Assembly (NCBI GenBank): GCA_965153285.1
Contig: OZ229114.1
Length of the DNA stretch: 64,000 nucleotides
Direction: 5' to 3' (one strand)
From: Podarcis tiliguerta
Lineage: Eukaryota
Positions 62,917 to 64,000 of this stretch are shown here, piece after piece; the stretch's first letter is position 1, and each line of letters opens with the position of its first letter. A program made the position numbers and the translations under genes. The notes below the pieces were generated by a model that did not search any database, was not told where the DNA came from, and saw only the letters and a list, made by a program, of their open reading frames with translations.

Positions 62917-63183
62917 AGAGCCAGTGTGGTGTAGTGGTTAAGAGCGGTAGTCTCGTAATCTGGGGAACCGGGTTCGCGTCTCCGCTCCTCCACCTGCAGC
63001 TGCTGGGTGACCTTGGGCCAGTCACACTTCTTTGAAGTCTCTCAGCCCCACTCACTTCACAGAGTGTTTGTTGTGGGGGAGGAAGGGAAAGGAGAATGTT
63101 AGCCGCTTTGAGACTCCTTAAAGGGAGTGAAAGGTGGGATATCAAATCCAAACTCCTCTTCTTCTTCTTCTTCTTCTTCTTCT
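62917..63183 (+). mobile_element. tRNA-derived SINE, Squam3-like, full length with TSD
   Basis: Same family; long (CTT)n tail; flanking direct repeat ctgaatg (62909-62915 and 63182-63188). Confidence 0.92.
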
Positions 63184-64000
63184 GAATGGCAGATTGCCTC
63201 AAACACCATCTCCTCATTTCTGCAGGAAAAAATAGGCAGGTATCTTATATCTGTTGATGCCTCCCCACCCCCAAATACCACAACTGCTTTCAACTAAAAA
63301 CAACAGCATGGGATATATGGTGATGATTCTCTTGCCAACTTTCATTCAGGAAGCAGTCTAAGAATCTCTTTCCATTAATCTCCAGTTCCATCACTTCTCA
63401 TAACAAATCCTCTTTTGGCATACAGTTTCCATAGCACACATATGAAATGTCTTCTAGGCAATAAAGAGGTAATAGATGAAGAGACGGTATCTTGCTGGCC
63501 ATCCTGGTTATTAACGAAGTTATCAACAAAGGCTATTTGCATTTTGACAATGCATGTTTAGGGCTTTCTACAGTGTCATACAAACTGCAGATTTTGACTT
63601 ATTGACTTAGGATAGATGCAGTGCATGTCCGTCCCGTCCCCCCCCCCCCCTTCAGTACTTGCTGGAGATGCATAGTTTCTCTCCTGGTTGCAAATATGTA
63701 TGTTTGAAGAGGCAATGAGCATCTTCAAACTTGGAACAGACCCCCAGCAGTGTGTTCCATGTAGTGCCGCAAATCAGGACCATCTGTGGAAGCAGCAGGT
63801 GTCAGTCATTTTATGTGTTGTCAGAGCAATCAGATCTACACCAAGTTTCCTTTTTTTAAACAACAACAACACAACTCACTGGGTCCAAGATACTTTGAAT
63901 TAAGGGATAAAGTAGGATATAATAAATAATATAATATATAAGCATGTTATCATAGCTATGTTCTTTGTGAGCTCTTAGAGATAAATTAATACAGTGGTAC

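Overview
Vertebrate nuclear DNA, most likely from a lacertid lizard (inferred from Sauria/Squam-type SINEs). Two intron-containing genes lie in tandem on the + strand. (1) ARHGAP19 (RhoGAP): end of coding exon 2 through the last exon, 1..~11.4 kb, with every GT-AG junction readable and phase-consistent. (2) SLIT1: CpG-island promoter, exon 1 (signal peptide + LRRNT) and three 72-bp LRR exons; the window ends inside intron 4. The rest is intronic or intergenic DNA rich in tRNA- and 5S-derived SINEs, L2/CR1/RTE-X LINE fragments, hAT and Tc1/mariner MITEs, a Penelope-like hairpin and microsatellites. Almost all ORFs in the supplied track are spurious. The most notable observation is an in-frame TGA (8449-8451) in the otherwise intact penultimate ARHGAP19 exon. 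It sits 45 nt before the last junction, so it should escape NMD, and it removes a C-terminal PDZ-type motif (ESSI). Other leads: a cryptic phase-0/2 exon that could join ARHGAP19 in frame to SLIT1 exon 2, a degenerate hammerhead ribozyme in the Penelope-like hairpin, a palindrome cluster and uORFs at the SLIT1 promoter, and a pre-miRNA-sized hairpin in SLIT1 intron 4. I found no convincing wholly new biological system. Exon numbers and family names come from recalled orthologues and consensus sequences, not from a search.
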